64,000 bases of DNA from Octopus sinensis. Lineage: Eukaryota. The DNA lies in assembly GCF_006345805.1 (NCBI RefSeq), contig NC_043001.1:7254001-7318000 (forward strand). Direction: 5' to 3'. The translations under genes and the position numbers were made by a program. Shown in pieces: positions 1-14,399 of the stretch (position 1 is its first letter; each line of letters starts with the position of its first letter). The notes under the pieces were generated by a model. The model worked only from the letters and a program-made list of their open reading frames with translations. It had not been told where the DNA came from and searched no databases.

Positions 1-25
1 CGTTTCTGCCAGCTCGCCGCCTTTT
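1..25 (-). mobile_element. 5' head of family-1 SINE, cut by the window edge
   Basis: cgtttctgccagctcgccgcc is the reverse complement of the head seen in the copies at 2801 and 6365-6600. Confidence 0.75.
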
Positions 26-43
26 ACCAAGAAACTCATTTCT

Positions 44-46
44 ATA

Positions 47-105
<59 letters not shown>

Positions 106-140
106 ATACATATATATATAATATATATATATATAATATA
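44..140. repeat. (TATC)n/(TA)n microsatellite, one example of dozens of TA/TG/TAGA tracts in the window
   Basis: directly visible. Confidence 0.98.
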
Positions 141-1083
141 TTTGTATGTCTGTCTGTCTCTCTCTCTCTGTCTACCTATATATGTATCTGTCCATCCATC
201 TATCTAACTATCTACATCTCCGCACACAGAATCGCACATGCTCACGGAGACACGCACACACACAGAAACGCATAAATTTATACATGTATATACATGTATA
301 TTGATGAAGTTTGATTACAACCATCTCAGTTTTCCAAGAAGAATTATTTCCAGTTGTTTTTCTATATACGTGCGAAAGCAAACGAAAATCAAAATTACTC
401 AACGGCTATGAACTTAGGTATTTAATCATTATATTACTACATACTTACAAATGAATCAACAATGTTTTTGTTTTCACTAGAGATATTTTGTAAACAAATA
501 AACATGGGTCATATATTTAAAGTTGAATGTTGTGCCATTTTCCCTACCGAGTTTGTTGTGTGTTATCGTATTTGTTTTTAGCTCTACTTATAAAAATTAA
601 TGTTAAACAACGATTGAATTTAGAGTAGTTATTTATGGTTTATTTCTGTTTGTTTGACATTATGTTTTTACAGATTGTGATTTATAAATCGATGGAATTT
701 AATTAAGAAAATGTTTGGAACATAAAAAATAAAATGGAAGTCAAGTTTCAGTTAATCGTTTTCTTATCGAAAGAAATTAGTAAAACGACGTCCTGTTGTT
801 CCTCCTTCGAGGCTGATATATGTAGACCAGGCTACACTTTTCAGTTCTTTTGTTTTGATAAACGTCTCCAGCAAACATACGGCATCGCATTAGGTTAGGA
901 AAGAAGTTCTTCCTAAAAATTCATTACTCTAACTTCAATCAGGTCTATATTATTCATCCAGTGTAGGAAACTAGTTTAATTAATTTAATTAATACTATAG
1001 CAAGTATTTTGGTAAGATATATGTATGTTTCTGTGTGTGTCTGCGTGTGCTAGTGCTCCTGTATTTGGGTGTATAATTTCATA

Positions 1084-1460
1084 TCTTTATATATAAAAGC
1101 GAAGTTGTGTGTTTGTCTCCTACGATTTAGATTCCTAACTACTCCCACATTTTGCGGTGCAGTTTAACCAAAACCGGGTATCTTATAGTCGTGATTCATA
1201 TCAAGCCTTTCTGGGTATTAGCGCGCGTCTACGATGAGTCTACGATTAAAAAAAAAAATTACCATCATTTTTCGCTATTATATAAGGGAAGTAACTCTCT
1301 AAAAATGTCTACGATGAGTCAACGATTTAAAAAAAAAATTACCATAATTTTTTTTCCATTTTTAATGCATTTTATTGCTATTTTTTGGCTATAACTCTCT
1401 AAAAATGCTTATATAGTTATTTCCCTTACAAACATGAGCAACGCCGGGCGATACTGCTAG
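1084..1460 (+). mobile_element. non-autonomous Helitron-like element
   Basis: starts TC after A1083 and ends CTAG before T1461; subterminal GC-rich hairpin remnant gagcaacgccggg; second copy in reverse orientation at 26673-27068. Confidence 0.8.
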
Positions 1461-1475
1461 TATATATATATATAT

Positions 1476-2010
1476 AGGGTTATGAGATGTAATGGTGTCA
1501 ATAAGACCCAAAGCTGTCAGTTAATGCTGAATTAGTGCTATGGACAGACTATAGCTAAGCTCGAGGTTTGGTGATTATGCGAATGAGGAGTCCAACTAAG
1601 GCCATATATCAGCATGTATATATATATAAAAAACAAATTTCACAATGAGATAAAAATCCAAGGCTGTGAAAGATTTTAGAACCTTTATAAATAGTAGGTT
1701 TTACAGCAGTTTCCGGGATATTTTATATATCCCTTCATCGGAGACTGTGTGATTGAAGTGGAAGAATGAAAATAGAAGTGATATATGCAGGGATATTACA
1801 TCTGTAGATCTATTATTTAGGCAGAATGGTGTACATATAAGATTCTAATACCTTGTGAATAAGTTCCAATAGTATTTAAAATTGGTCATTCCAAGTATAG
1901 AGTTTGTACACAGTGTTATTAAACCGAAAGGTTTTATTTAAAGTGACTTGAAACTTGGGAAAGTATTTCTAAGGTGAAATCGAAAACAAGAAGAGAGGAA
2001 TAAAGAAAAG
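1476..2010 (-). mobile_element. Penelope-like terminal repeat remnant with degenerate hammerhead
   Basis: 1476-1575 and 1635-1712 are homologous to the 16.5-18 kb repeat unit; hammerhead-like motif at 1698-1745. Confidence 0.6.
1698..1745 (-). ncRNA. degenerate minimal type I hammerhead ribozyme
   Basis: minus strand reads gtct CCGATGA a GGGATAT ataaa ATATCCC g GAAA c tgct GTA aaac; 7-bp stem II intact, core U-to-C change, stems I and III imperfect. Confidence 0.6.
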
Positions 2011-2029
2011 AAATTAATTAAAAACTATA

Positions 2030-2480
2030 CTTCAACCGCCGGGCATTATGCAGTGCTTGAGAAGGCCTGTTGAGTCAAATGAAATCGTAATTGTGACCGA
2101 TGCCAGTGCCACCTGAACGGCACCCATGCCGGTAGTACGTGAAAAGCACTATTCGAGCGGGCCAATGCCAGAGCCGGTGGATACCAGCATTGCCTGACCG
2201 GCACCCGAGTCGGTGGCACGTAAAAAAGCACTATTCGAGCGTGGTTGATGCCAGTGCCGCCTGACTGGCACCCGTAGCGGTGGCGTGTAAATAGAACCCA
2301 CTACACTCTCGAAGTGGTTTGCGTTAGCAAGGACCACCAGCTATAGAAACCTTCCAGCTCAGACTAGAGCCTTGTGCAGCATCCTGATTTGTCAGTCCTC
2401 TGTCGAACCGTCGAACCCATGCTAGCATGGAGGGCGGACGTTAAATGACAATGCTGATAATGATGATGATGATGATGAAG
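2030..2480 (+). mobile_element. SINE-like element with internal ~70-80-nt subrepeats and (GAT)n tail
   Basis: three imperfect copies of gatgccagtgcc..ggcaccc..ggtggcacgtaaaaagcac; 3' end aacccatgctagcatgga..ggacgttaaatga followed by (gat)n. Confidence 0.7.
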
Positions 2481-2800
2481 GAAAAGAATAAAAAAAGATT
2501 TTACAGTTGTCGGGAGTCATATAAAAGTAGAATGTAAATTATAGCGTAAATATAAGTGTTATAAAAACAATTTTGGTGCTGCAACGTCACGGATCTCCGT
2601 GCTTTTGTTAAATGTGCAATAGTTACGTTTCAAATTATATATTTGAAACTCGGCCATATTTATTCCACATATGAATAATACGAGAGCATACATTTAAACT
2701 AAATGTCACAAATATGCGGTAAGTGTACGTGCGCACGCATACGCATGCTTGCACACACATGCACACAAATAAGCAAACACAAATATATACGTGTGTGAGG

Positions 2801-3225
2801 CGGTGAGATGGCAGAAACGATGGCAGAAACGATAAAGGAATAAGATACGTTAGCACGCTGGGCGAAATGCTTAGCGGTATTTCGGCTGCCGTTAGGATTT
2901 GAGTTCAAATTCCACCGAAGTCGACTTTGCCTTTCATCTGTTCAGGGTCGATAAATTAAGTAACAGTTACGCACTGGGGTCGATATAATCGACTTAATCC
3001 CTTTAGCTGTCCTTGTTTGTTCCCTCTATGTTTATCCCCTTGTGGGTAGTAAAGAAATAAGACGCGTTCGCATACCGGGCGAAATGCTTAGCGGTATTTC
3101 GTCTGTCTTTACTTAATGAGTTCAAATTCGGTCGAGGTCGAAGTTGCCTTTCATTCCTTCGAGGTTGTTAAATTGAGTACCAGTTGCGCACTGTGGTTCG
3201 AACTAATTTCAGGCCTTCTGCCTAG
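2801..3225 (+). mobile_element. family-1 SINE (near full length) plus adjacent partial copy
   Basis: gttagcacgctgggcgaaatgcttagcggtatttcg..gagttcaaattcc..gtcgactttgcctttcatc, repeated at many loci in the window. Confidence 0.85.
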
Positions 3226-4047
3226 ATTTAAAAAAACAAAGCATGCATGTGTGTATATGAATCTTGATGTTTGCATGTGCTTGCATATATAATTCCTATA
3301 AATTTATTGTTCATTACTCTATTGCCAAATTTCAGTTTTGCTATCTTCATCTGAATAAAGTCACTTTGACTTCGAAATCGGTAGCTTATATAACCTCTTG
3401 TTTCGTGCAATTTTGTCATTATGCTTCCAAAATCTGCAATGAAATCCGAGGATCTTCGCTTAAGAGGTTCTTTAGTCAGTTGATAATCTGTTTTCATATT
3501 TATTGCTTCTATAATTCGTGATTCAACTTTCATTGAAAATCTTATATTCAGGTTCAAGAGGATATTAACTACTATGGCAGTCATGAGTCTTAATTATTTC
3601 TGAGAAAGATTTATTGGGTTGCGTTCACTCAATCAACATTTTACGTGCCGAAAATAAAAAGGCTCACATTGCGAGGCCCATAAAATAATACAATTTTAAA
3701 ACTATTCATTTTAGAAGAATCAATTACTTGAGCAAGAGAAAAAGAAAGATTAAGTCTAAAATTATTTAGAATTATGACAATTTGAAATTGAAATTTCGAT
3801 TTTCACTTATCGAAAGTAGCACGTAGATTCATTTTATACCTGAAGATTAAAATAATTAGGTATAAATCATAATTCATAAGACAACTAGGTAATGTCATTT
3901 TGATATACGTAAAAAGAGCATGGAGGAATATATATTAGACAGAGAAAATAACTAGTCTAGCTAAATGCCATTTTCATCCACTTGGTTGTTAATTACAATT
4001 CGAGAATACTTTACTTTACATGAATAATACATACATACTGACATGCT

Positions 4048-4074
<27 letters not shown>

Positions 4075-4081
<7 letters not shown>

Positions 4082-4256
4082 TGTACGTGCGTCTATATTT
4101 GCGTGTCTCTATGTGTTTATGCATATACGCATTGTTATATTTTGGAATGCTAATTTTTTTTGACAAATATATATATATATATATATTGTGTGTGTCTTTG
4201 TGTGTGTATGTGTGTGTGTATGTGTGTGTGTGTGTGTTGTGTGTGTGTGTGTGTGT

Positions 4257-4295
<39 letters not shown>

Positions 4296-4425
4296 TGTAC
4301 GTGCGTCTATATTTGCGTGTCTCTATGTGTTTATGCATATACGCATTGTTATATTTTGGAATGCTAATTTTTTTTGACAAATATATATATATATATATTG
4401 TGTGTGTCTTTGTGTGTGTATGTGT
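4075..4425. repeat. local tandem duplication (~215-bp period) with ends in (TG)n
   Basis: gtacgtgcgtctatatttgcg..tttgacaaat appears at ~4083 and ~4297. Confidence 0.9.
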
Positions 4426-5220
4426 GTGTGTATGTGTGTGCGTGCGTGTGTGAGTGTGTGTGTGTGTGTATGTGTGTGTGTGTGTGTGATATGCAGGTGA
4501 TTTCCATAACTAAGCATATATCACTGAGGCTTTCAAACCCATTATCAAAACTGCAAACATAAGCCAAATAAACGCAGTCACAATTTTGATGTATATACAC
4601 ATACGTATACACATGCGTACAGAAACACGCTGATTGTCTTTGTGGGTATATATTATGCATGTGCTTATGTTACTCTCGTTCTTGCTTGTTTTTCCTCTCT
4701 CTCCCTCCTTTACTCTCCCTCTCTCTCACTTTCTCTCTCACATCTCTGTCCTCCTCCTTTCTACCTTGCACCTCTCTAGCTCTTCCCCTCCCGATTTCTG
4801 TATGTACGTATCACAACGTGCGTTCACAATTACAGAAGTGAAGCACCTGTTATAATTTCTATCATTTTCAATGCTAAACATCATATCATAATTTACTTTA
4901 CTGGAATCAGAGCAGATGCGCTAATTATGAAATTATATTGCAATATTTAAGTACTTGAGTAAAAGCAACACATTAGCCTACTTCACAATATGGCATCTAT
5001 AGTATCATATCTATATGCAATTCTCACCTTGATTTTATTTTTTTTATTTTGCATATCATCATGTATTTATTCAAAAAACTAACGACTTATGTTTCATCCT
5101 CATCTCAGAAATACTTATCTTGAAATTCCTCTATAATGAGGTACTTATGAATCCACCATTTTCTGTTTTCTCTTCTGTAAATGCACTTTTAATTAATTTA
5201 TAGTATTAGCCGCCGTCTAA

Positions 5221-5410
5221 AAGCGGCGAGCTGGCAGCATTGTTAGCAGAATGCCGGTTAGAATGCATAGCGGCATTTAGTTCCTTCTTGTGATCTGAAT
5301 TTATCCTTTCGAGGTCGATTAATCAAGTTCCAGTCGAACACTGAGGACAAAGCAATGGACTTACCCCACCAATCATCGAATTGCTGGCTCGTTACCAAAA
5401 TTTGAACCCA
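5221..5410 (+). mobile_element. degenerate family-1 SINE
   Basis: gcggcgagctggcag head and cctttcgaggtcgat core. Confidence 0.65.
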
Positions 5411-6204
5411 AGATTAGGGACCATCATTGTCATTTAAATATCGAAATTACTTCCTATATTTGCCGCAGTTCAGGTTTGAACAGCAATAAATGCTACCCAA
5501 CACAACATACGTGTCTAAAAAAAATATACAAGGTAAAGTCGACCTCGGTGGAGTTTGAACTCAGAACATCCCAGGAACCACAATATCTTACGAACAAACA
5601 AACACCTTCTACCAATTTTACACCCGTCACCATGTCTCCGACAAATAAAAAAAGAACCGCAAATAATCAACAGCTGAAGGCAACCACCAAATCTTAAGAA
5701 GCTTCTTACCAAAGCAAGATTTGCATCAGCGGAAGAAATGATGTAACTTACCAAATGTAGAGATCCCCTATGTGGAGCATATGATTTGATAGAACAGCCC
5801 CCCCCCCACACACACATATATATAGGGCAAATAACAAAATCAGTGGACAAACATCAGCCTGTAGATATTCACTTATATCTATTCATTAATTGATTACAAT
5901 CGAATGTATAAGTAATCAAAATAAACAAATGCCTAATAATAAATGAGTGAAGAAATACCAAGCTCTTACGGCTGTTTCTTCTATGGGGTTGCTCAATCTG
6001 CCAAGTTTTCCACATCATGCCAGTAATACAAACTTGGCAGTGTGGATCACCCAACAGTAGAAACAGCCGTAAGATAGTATTTTTCACTCGTTTACTCTTA
6101 TTCATTTGTTTATTTATATTTACTTACTTATTTACTTGTTTATTCATGAATAATAACTTACAATGGATAATTGTCAGCTGTTTCGTAGGTAACAACTTAA
6201 TCAT

Positions 6205-6670
6205 TTCTATTATAGGCACACGGCCTGAAATTTGGTGGGAGGTGGATAGCCGATTACACGAACCCCAGTGATTCACTGCTATTTATTTTACCGACCCCGC
6301 AAATATGAACTGCAAAGTACACCTCTGCGGAATTTTAACTCAGAATGTAGTGACGGGCGAAATAAATATTTCTTTATTACCCACAAGGGGCTAAACATAG
6401 AGGGGACAAACAAGGACAGACATAGGTATTAAGTCGATTACATCGACCCCAGTGCGTAACTGGTACTTAATTTATCGACCCCGAAAGGATGAAAGGCAAA
6501 GTCGACCTCGGCAGAATTTGAACTCACAACGTAACGGCAGCCGAAATACCGCTAAGTATTTCGCCCGACTTGCTAACGTTTCTGCCAGCTCTCCGCCTTT
6601 TGACGGGCGAAATACCGCTACGCATTCCATCGAGCGTGGTAACGATTCGACCAGCTGGCCACCCTTTATG
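6205..6670 (-). mobile_element. older family-1 SINE interrupted by a younger copy
   Basis: the two halves join across the duplicated TGACGGGCGAAATA at 6351-6364 and 6601-6614. Confidence 0.8.
6365..6600 (-). mobile_element. young full-length family-1 SINE with 14-bp target-site duplication
   Basis: perfect flanking direct repeat TGACGGGCGAAATA; matches the 2801-3060 copy. Confidence 0.9.
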
Positions 6671-6737
6671 TAACTTTTAATAGCAGAATGGGAACATTAC
6701 TCTTCTACAAAAGACTGTCACCATCACATGCAAGTTA

Positions 6738-7146
6738 TTTCTTTACGGAATCGTTACTGGTGGCGAAAAATGGTGCCTGTACATCAATATGAAGCAGCGC
6801 AAGGAATGGCTTAGCCCCGGTAAACAAGCGACATCGCGCGTGAAACAAGGTCTTCATCCGCGTAAAACGATGTTGTGCGTATGGTGGGACTAGGAAAGGA
6901 TTATCCATTACGAATTGCTTGAACGGAACCAAACGGTCAACGCGGAACTCTATGATCAACAGATGGAGTGACTCAACACGGTTATTCAAGAGAAAAGACC
7001 TAACCGTCAGCATGGAATTTTGCTGCACGACAACGCCCTCCCTCATATCGCCAATGTGACCAAGGAAGCCATTCAAACGCATGGCTGGGAAGTGCTGCAA
7101 CACCCGACATACACGCCTGATTTGGCATCAATGAATTTCCACCTCT
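6738..7146 (+). pseudogene. mariner transposase fragment (catalytic domain)
   Basis: one frame reads FLYGIVTGGEKW..LHPRKTMLCVWWD*..LLHDNALPH..HPTYTPDLAS; two in-frame stops and first catalytic Asp changed to Gly. Confidence 0.93.
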
Positions 7147-7503
7147 ATATGTACATACACACACACACACAAGCACAAACTCACACACACACACACACAC
7201 ACGCACACACACACACACAAATATATATATATATACATACACATTATATCCACTGCCGCATTTATCACTGATGAAGAGAATGTTCTTATGAATTAACTCT
7301 GAAATCGGGTCCGATATGGTAATAACGGACTTTTTTTAGAAATTGCTGTCGGCTTTCTTCGAGACACGTACTTATAGTGATAAATTATATTTTTATCGAC
7401 GAAGTGTCTATTTTCGGCATATTTGGCATTAGAATTTTTTTGTTTTGCCCTTGTTTATAAGTTGTATATATACATTATATATATATATATATATATATAT
7501 ATA

Positions 7504-7798
7504 GATCAATAAATGGTGGGGTTGTGTTGACCGCACGTGGAGAAATGATAAGTAAGGAAACATTTTTTTAAAAATGCAGAATGCTCAAATGAAAGAAAAT
7601 TTTAATAAAATGAGAAATTGATAAAATATATAAATATATATTTATTCAACCGGTTTTCGTCATTGTATGACTTGTCAAGAATATTTATGTTTTAAAAAGT
7701 TTTTTTTTTAATTAGAAAGGGGAAAAAAAGAAAATTGCATTGTTTTTTGCAAAAGAATAATGATAAAAATGTACAAAAATTTAAAAATAAGTACTCCG

Positions 7799-7874
<76 letters not shown>

Positions 7875-8173
7875 TCAATAAATGGTGGGGTTGTGTTGAC
7901 CGCACGTGGAGAAATGATAAGTAAGGAAACATTTTTTTAAAAATGCAGAATGCTCAAATGAAAGAAAATTTTAATAAAATGAGAAATTGATAAAATATAT
8001 AAATATATATTTATTCAACCGGTTTTCGTCATTGTATGACTTGTCAAGAATATTTATGTTTTAAAAAGTTTTTTTTTTAATTAGAAAGGGGAAAAAAAGA
8101 AAATTGCATTGTTTTTTGCAAAAGAATAATGATAAAAATGTACAAAAATTAAAAATAAGTACTCCGATATACA
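7504..8173. repeat. tandem duplication of ~300 bp of unique-looking sequence (369-bp period), separated by (TA)n
   Basis: 7504-7806 and 7873-8173 are essentially identical. Confidence 0.95.
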
Positions 8174-8202
8174 TATATATATATATATATATATAATATA
8201 TA

Positions 8203-8299
<97 letters not shown>

Positions 8300-8339
8300 C
8301 AAGTATGTATGACCTTAACATTAGTTTCAATATTAATCA

Positions 8340-8641
8340 AAGGCTACGAACACGTGCCATACATCCCCTACGCAAATCTGGATCATAACACATACATACA
8401 ACGCATGACAATTTACTTCCCTTAACAGGCCCGGTCCTATATATCTTTCGAAGAGGAAAAATCCCTTCTCCTTTAAACGGAATCTGGATAAATATCTTCA
8501 AGTGAGAGCAGATAATCTCCCAACAGCGGATACAACTCACTCAACAAGACTCCCTACTTTAATGTGCCATAATACCACAGAACTTGACTTTAGCAATCTT
8601 TTCAGGGTGCGCTATTAAGGTAGACATGGCCTGGGCCAATA
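8340..8641 (+). mobile_element. CR1/L2-type LINE 3' end, degenerate
   Basis: frameshifted remnants KRNLDKYLQV and GYNSLNK, resembling the LINE C-termini at 19.4 kb and 28.0 kb. Confidence 0.6.
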
Positions 8642-11279
8642 TTTGTTCGAAGCATATTTAAATTTAGGTAAGTGTATGTAATATCATCAATAGCAAAAAT
8701 AGAACGTTGATTTCTTCTATATTAATTCTAATTTGCCTTTTATCATGCAATCGATTAAAACTTAACCTCACATATATAGAAAACGCTGATACTTTATATC
8801 TACTTAATATTAAAAATGTTGAAATACAAAGCAGAGTGGATTACATATTTTTGTATAAGCATGTAAGATAGAAACTGTATGTTTATCGCTCTGCGATTGC
8901 TAATAAACATCAGAAATAACCATTGCACCGATTGAAATAAAGAGATATATATTCAAGAGGTTAAGCTGTAGCCAAAACAACGCAGTGTATATATATATAG
9001 AGAGAGAATATATCACTTATCGTGGCACCATTCTGATCAAACATTAGATTGGTATATAATGGATATGTATTTAACGGGTTTCTTTGGCAGAAGCAATACC
9101 ATATATATGAGATATATTGTTTTCAGTGGCACCATTCCGGTCCAATATTATCTAGATGTCGAATTAAGCATTTTCTAATATGAAAAATATCGCTAATATA
9201 CACACTCTCTATATGTATGTATGTGTATACATATTTATGGCTATACATTCATGTATATATATATATCCAATAATACTATATTTGTTCCACGTCCTCGCGT
9301 TGCTGTGTTTTTTGTGCTTTCTTGTTTGGATTAACTTTATACATACATATATATATATATATGCGTGTGTGTTTGTCTGTATGTGTATTTGCAACTAACT
9401 ATTTTCATAAAATATTGTGTAAAGTTAATAAAACTTATGCAACAATAATTCGCGTAAATTTAGTATTTAATGCCAGATCGGTGGGATCAAATCACAATGC
9501 CATTTATATTTATTTGAGTGAAGAGATGTAAAATGAACCAGCGTAAATTTGGCTCGTTTAAAAACTAAGACGTGTGTTTTCAGAAACGATAAATCTTTGG
9601 AAAACGTACCTTGTGAGACTTGTATACAAACCGTAAGATTGATTAAAACAAACACAGCATTTTCTTTCGACGCGTGTATTGATTTCAATTTTTGGCACAA
9701 GGCCAGAAATTTGGGTGAGGGGATAAATTGATTACATCGACACAGTTAATTGAATCAGAACATTAAGACGGATGAAATACTGTTAAATATTTTGTCCGGC
9801 ATGCTAACGAATTTACCAACTCATCGACTTTTTTCACTGCTTATATTGTTATCATTACAATGCTGTACACATAATATGCGCACAGAAATAAACACGCACA
9901 CCTATATATATAGACCGGGTCTGACTGACGTCATCATTCACCTAGTTTCGTGTCCTATATTAAGGTGAGGATGTCTTTAATCTATGACGTCCGATATGGC
10001 CTGAGATGTTAGCAATATATCAGGGAATAGCTAAGCACATCCATTTCTTAGATCGATAAATGGTAAGGTAGAATGTATGAAAGACAAGGAGAGAGAAAGC
10101 TTACAATTAAAGCAAGTGAATTTATGATGCACAGATTGAACAAAAGTGACATAATGCGTGATCAGGCAAGCGAAATATTTGGCAGAAATACGATCGATCT
10201 AAGGGCCGCAGTTTTCTGAAGCAAACTCCGCCACCATACACGCATACATAATCTCATATACGTCTGTGCGCTGATTAGGTATTCGTGCTTTTATATGCGT
10301 GTCGTTCGGAAAAATATTCAGTCTCAGCACAAAATTCAATAGCTATTATAGAAAGCCACAAGTATTAATGAAAATAAATTTTTAATTTTTTTCTTAATTG
10401 AAAAGAAGTTAATCTTTAAGTACAAAGAATGTATTGTGCCTATTAGAATAATCACAAAATGAGATTACGGTTAAATTCTATTGAAATTATAATTTCATTT
10501 CCCATTTGCGTTTTATCATTCTGCCACTCATCAAAACTTCGTAGAGTCGAAATATATTCGTTTGTAGTCTAAGGTTAGTATTATAACTAACATTATAACT
10601 AAGTGTATTATTTGGGAAGTAACGTGATTACATTTTGTTTACGTGACATGGGCAATGTGACATGTAATGCGTGTTCATAATAACATTGTTTTTGCAATAT
10701 TCTTTTCAATTTGGTGTCTTTAAACATATCGAATTAAATATTTCGGAGAAAGAAAACCTCAATCAATAGAATAGCGTTCATTGAAAATGAGAAAACTTGA
10801 AGATGTCGGAAGAATTATTGCAAACCATAGAAGTTTAAAAAATATAACATAAAATGTGAGATGCAAGTGTCTCATAAAAGACATTTGATACAATGATTAC
10901 TAAACCTGTTCGCTAATTAAATTATTATTATGCAAAATGAAACAAACTGTTATGAAAGTTAGAATGAGGTATTTGTGCGTACTGTGTCTAGACAATTGTC
11001 ATGTTTCCTAGTGCTTAGAAGATCATAGGTAGCAGTTAGATAAGCCGATACACTTACACACACACACACACACATCTATGTCTGTATGTATAAACATATG
11101 TATATGTATATATATATGTGTGTGTTTGCGTAGGTATATATATATATATGTGTGTGTTTCTCCCTCTCTCTCTTTCTCTGTCTGTCTGTCTAGCTGTCTC
11201 TCTCTCTGTATATATATATATATATATATATACATAAACTTTCGTGTACCTAACTGTTATCGAGTTGACTATACTAGTA

Positions 11280-12410
11280 GCTGACTCGGTGAAAGTGATA
11301 AGAAATGTGTTACAACGGAATTGAAGGAAACAACGGAATAGGACAAAATATATACAACACTTCATCCACCGCAAGGAGTTCTCTGGCTACAGCCAAAAAC
11401 AGAGGACTAGAGTGTACAAAAGAGCGACATCTAAGCCCATCCTACAGAATGATGCAAATGGGATCTGCCTGATATAGAAGAATAAATCAGGGAACAACAT
11501 AGAAAGGACACGAAGGTAAGTAAGGTCAAATTATGGTATGACAGCCAAAACTACCTGGATGCTATATTTCGTGAGAATAACATTAGGCAAGATAAATCTA
11601 TGGATTAAATTAGGACAAAGGACAGGAATCCCTGATTTTTAGAACATGTCCATTCAAAAACTCCCACGTAAGGAAAACAACTGTAGGATGAACTCACTGG
11701 TTAACTGTAACAAAAGGTATGTAATCTATAGCATATGATGACTGAGGAACGGTGCAGAAACGAGAACACGTATTTTGGAGAGACGGTTCATAGCATAGAG
11801 GAGCGGATAGGTGGACATTGGCGAATCTCAATAAGGATAATAGCTCGTCAGGGCTCTGCCAATATGTCCAATGAGAATGTAATGGCACAGTTAATAACAT
11901 AGGCATTAAGGTATTATCAACGCTTAGAGAATACATGACACTTCGTTTACAGAGGGCACGCACATAATAATCACAGACCGTGTCTCAACAGAAAACACAA
12001 ATGGAAAAGAAACACCCACAATCGCCTCTCTACGCAACATGACGACTAAAGACAGAATGGGTGCAAGAATTAGACACAAATACCAACAGATACAGAGTAG
12101 ATAGGCACTCATACACTCACACACAAAAGAAATAAATGCACATACATAAGATGAAATTAGTAAATAAATCCCAGATAATTTAACAAATTAATAAATAAAG
12201 AGAAGGGACAGATACAAAGAGTATAATAGATTGTCCCCAAGATCTAAATGTGAAGAACAAAATTTGTATAATTTAAGAAACAAAATTTCACTCTCCAGCG
12301 GACCAGCGTTCCGTCGAGGTGGGGAACCTATACGCCAACGAAAAGGGAAACCGGTCCTGATAGGCTGGGAATGGCTCGAGTAGGAACAAACACCAACAAC
12401 CAAGAAATTT
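11280..12410 (+). mobile_element. Penelope-like retroelement remnant (RT thumb region plus C-terminal GIY-YIG endonuclease)
   Basis: QHFIHRKEFSGYSQKQR (SGY 11382-11390); YVIYSI (11718-11735); YFGETVHSIEERIGGHW (11771-11821); RLTEGTHI; LNRKHKW (11984-12004); many stops and frameshifts. Confidence 0.8.
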
Positions 12411-12945
12411 TACTGGTTTAAGAGTATTTTTGAAGTTGCTTTTCACGATAAGTGCAAATCATGTTACCAAATTTATGTTATATTTATGCAACATGCAAAT
12501 ATCTTTAACATATTTAAGCTGCATATACGGATAATTTTAACGTTTTTACTTACATTCTTACAATAAGTTTCATGGAATTACCAGAAGATGTAATTTATTT
12601 TATGCCAAAGTACGAACCAGTAATAAAATATGTGATTTAATCAACACTGAATTGTCTCATAAATTGTTTGCTATATTTTCTTAGAATCGGAAATAATTTA
12701 TTACGTACAGTATATTTAAGCGCAGAATTATTCAGGTTAGTGAAATTAATTCAGTAAAAAAAGGAATTTTATGAGGACATTTTGATAAACGTTTCTGCAT
12801 ATATTTTAATCTTTTCTCAACACAGAAAACGTATGCAACACAAGCGGGAATACATAAGACACATATGCAGACGTACTACACATAAAACATCTCTCTCTCT
12901 CTCTCACTCAATCTCTCAGGCACACATATACGAATGTCTGTATAT

Positions 12946-13033
<88 letters not shown>

Positions 13034-13828
13034 TATATATGTATATATACATACATATGTGTGTGTATATACATATATATATATGTACATATACATACAT
13101 ATGTGTATATATGTATATATATATATATATACACGTATACGCGCACAAGTAAACACACATACACACAAACATGCGCGCATATATACGTGTGTGTGTGTGT
13201 GTGTGTTTGTGTGTGCGTGTATACGTAGTTAACATTGAAAATCGATACGTGACTTTGTGTGCTTTATTGTGTACCTGCGTTAGTGTACCTCCAAAGCATA
13301 TGTTCAGTCAAATTTAATCTGAAGAACCTGCTCTTTGGGGGAGAACTTTCGAGGAAGAGTGACGGAAAAGAGGGAGGGAGGTAGAGCGGTAGAAAAGTAG
13401 AGATATAGAGGTAGTCTCGGTATGTTTAATTTCATGAAGCGCAAAACATAATAAAACACAAATAACTGATGAAAATACAAATGACAGAAAAAAAGAACAA
13501 GAAAATTATCACAGAAGGAGAATTACGGAAACGTTTAACAGTGTTTCACTTCTGTTTCATTTCTCTTTTTCTGTCTTTTATAAACTGTTTTAGTCCTACC
13601 TGCAAATATGCGTCACAAACTACCCTCCTCTGTTTTCCAAATGGATTCTGGTTATAGTTGAATTCCGATGAAATGGCATCGGCTGTAGATAAAGAGGTGA
13701 TGTTTTCATCTACCATCATATTGAGCAACACTGTGTTAGTTTTAATCACCGTATTTTGCTTTTATCTATTCAATAAATATACGTATACATACACATATAT
13801 ATATACATATCTATATCACTATATATAT

Positions 13829-13870
<42 letters not shown>

Positions 13871-14130
13871 AATTTTAGACCCCTGTACAGTCCCCAAGCA
13901 TGACTCCATGGATAAATGCTTGCGTTGACTAAACCGTTGCTACCAGCGTTAATAAACATAAGCCGAAAGGAACCCGCCGTATACGTATACATACACACAA
14001 CACACATACACACACACACACATATATATATATGTTGATGTATGTATAATATATATACATATATACGTACATATGCATACATATATATATATATATATAT
14101 ACATACATACACACACACATACATACATAT

Positions 14131-14184
<54 letters not shown>

Positions 14185-14229
14185 TAGATAGATAGATAGA
14201 TATATAGATAGATTGATAGATAGATAGAC

Positions 14230-14295
<66 letters not shown>

Positions 14296-14399
14296 GGAGA
14301 TTGAGTCAGTTTTTACGATACATAACCACTGGTTCGAAATACTATAATCATGGTAATAGATAGATATAATTTTAACGGAATATGTATTATGACATTGAC

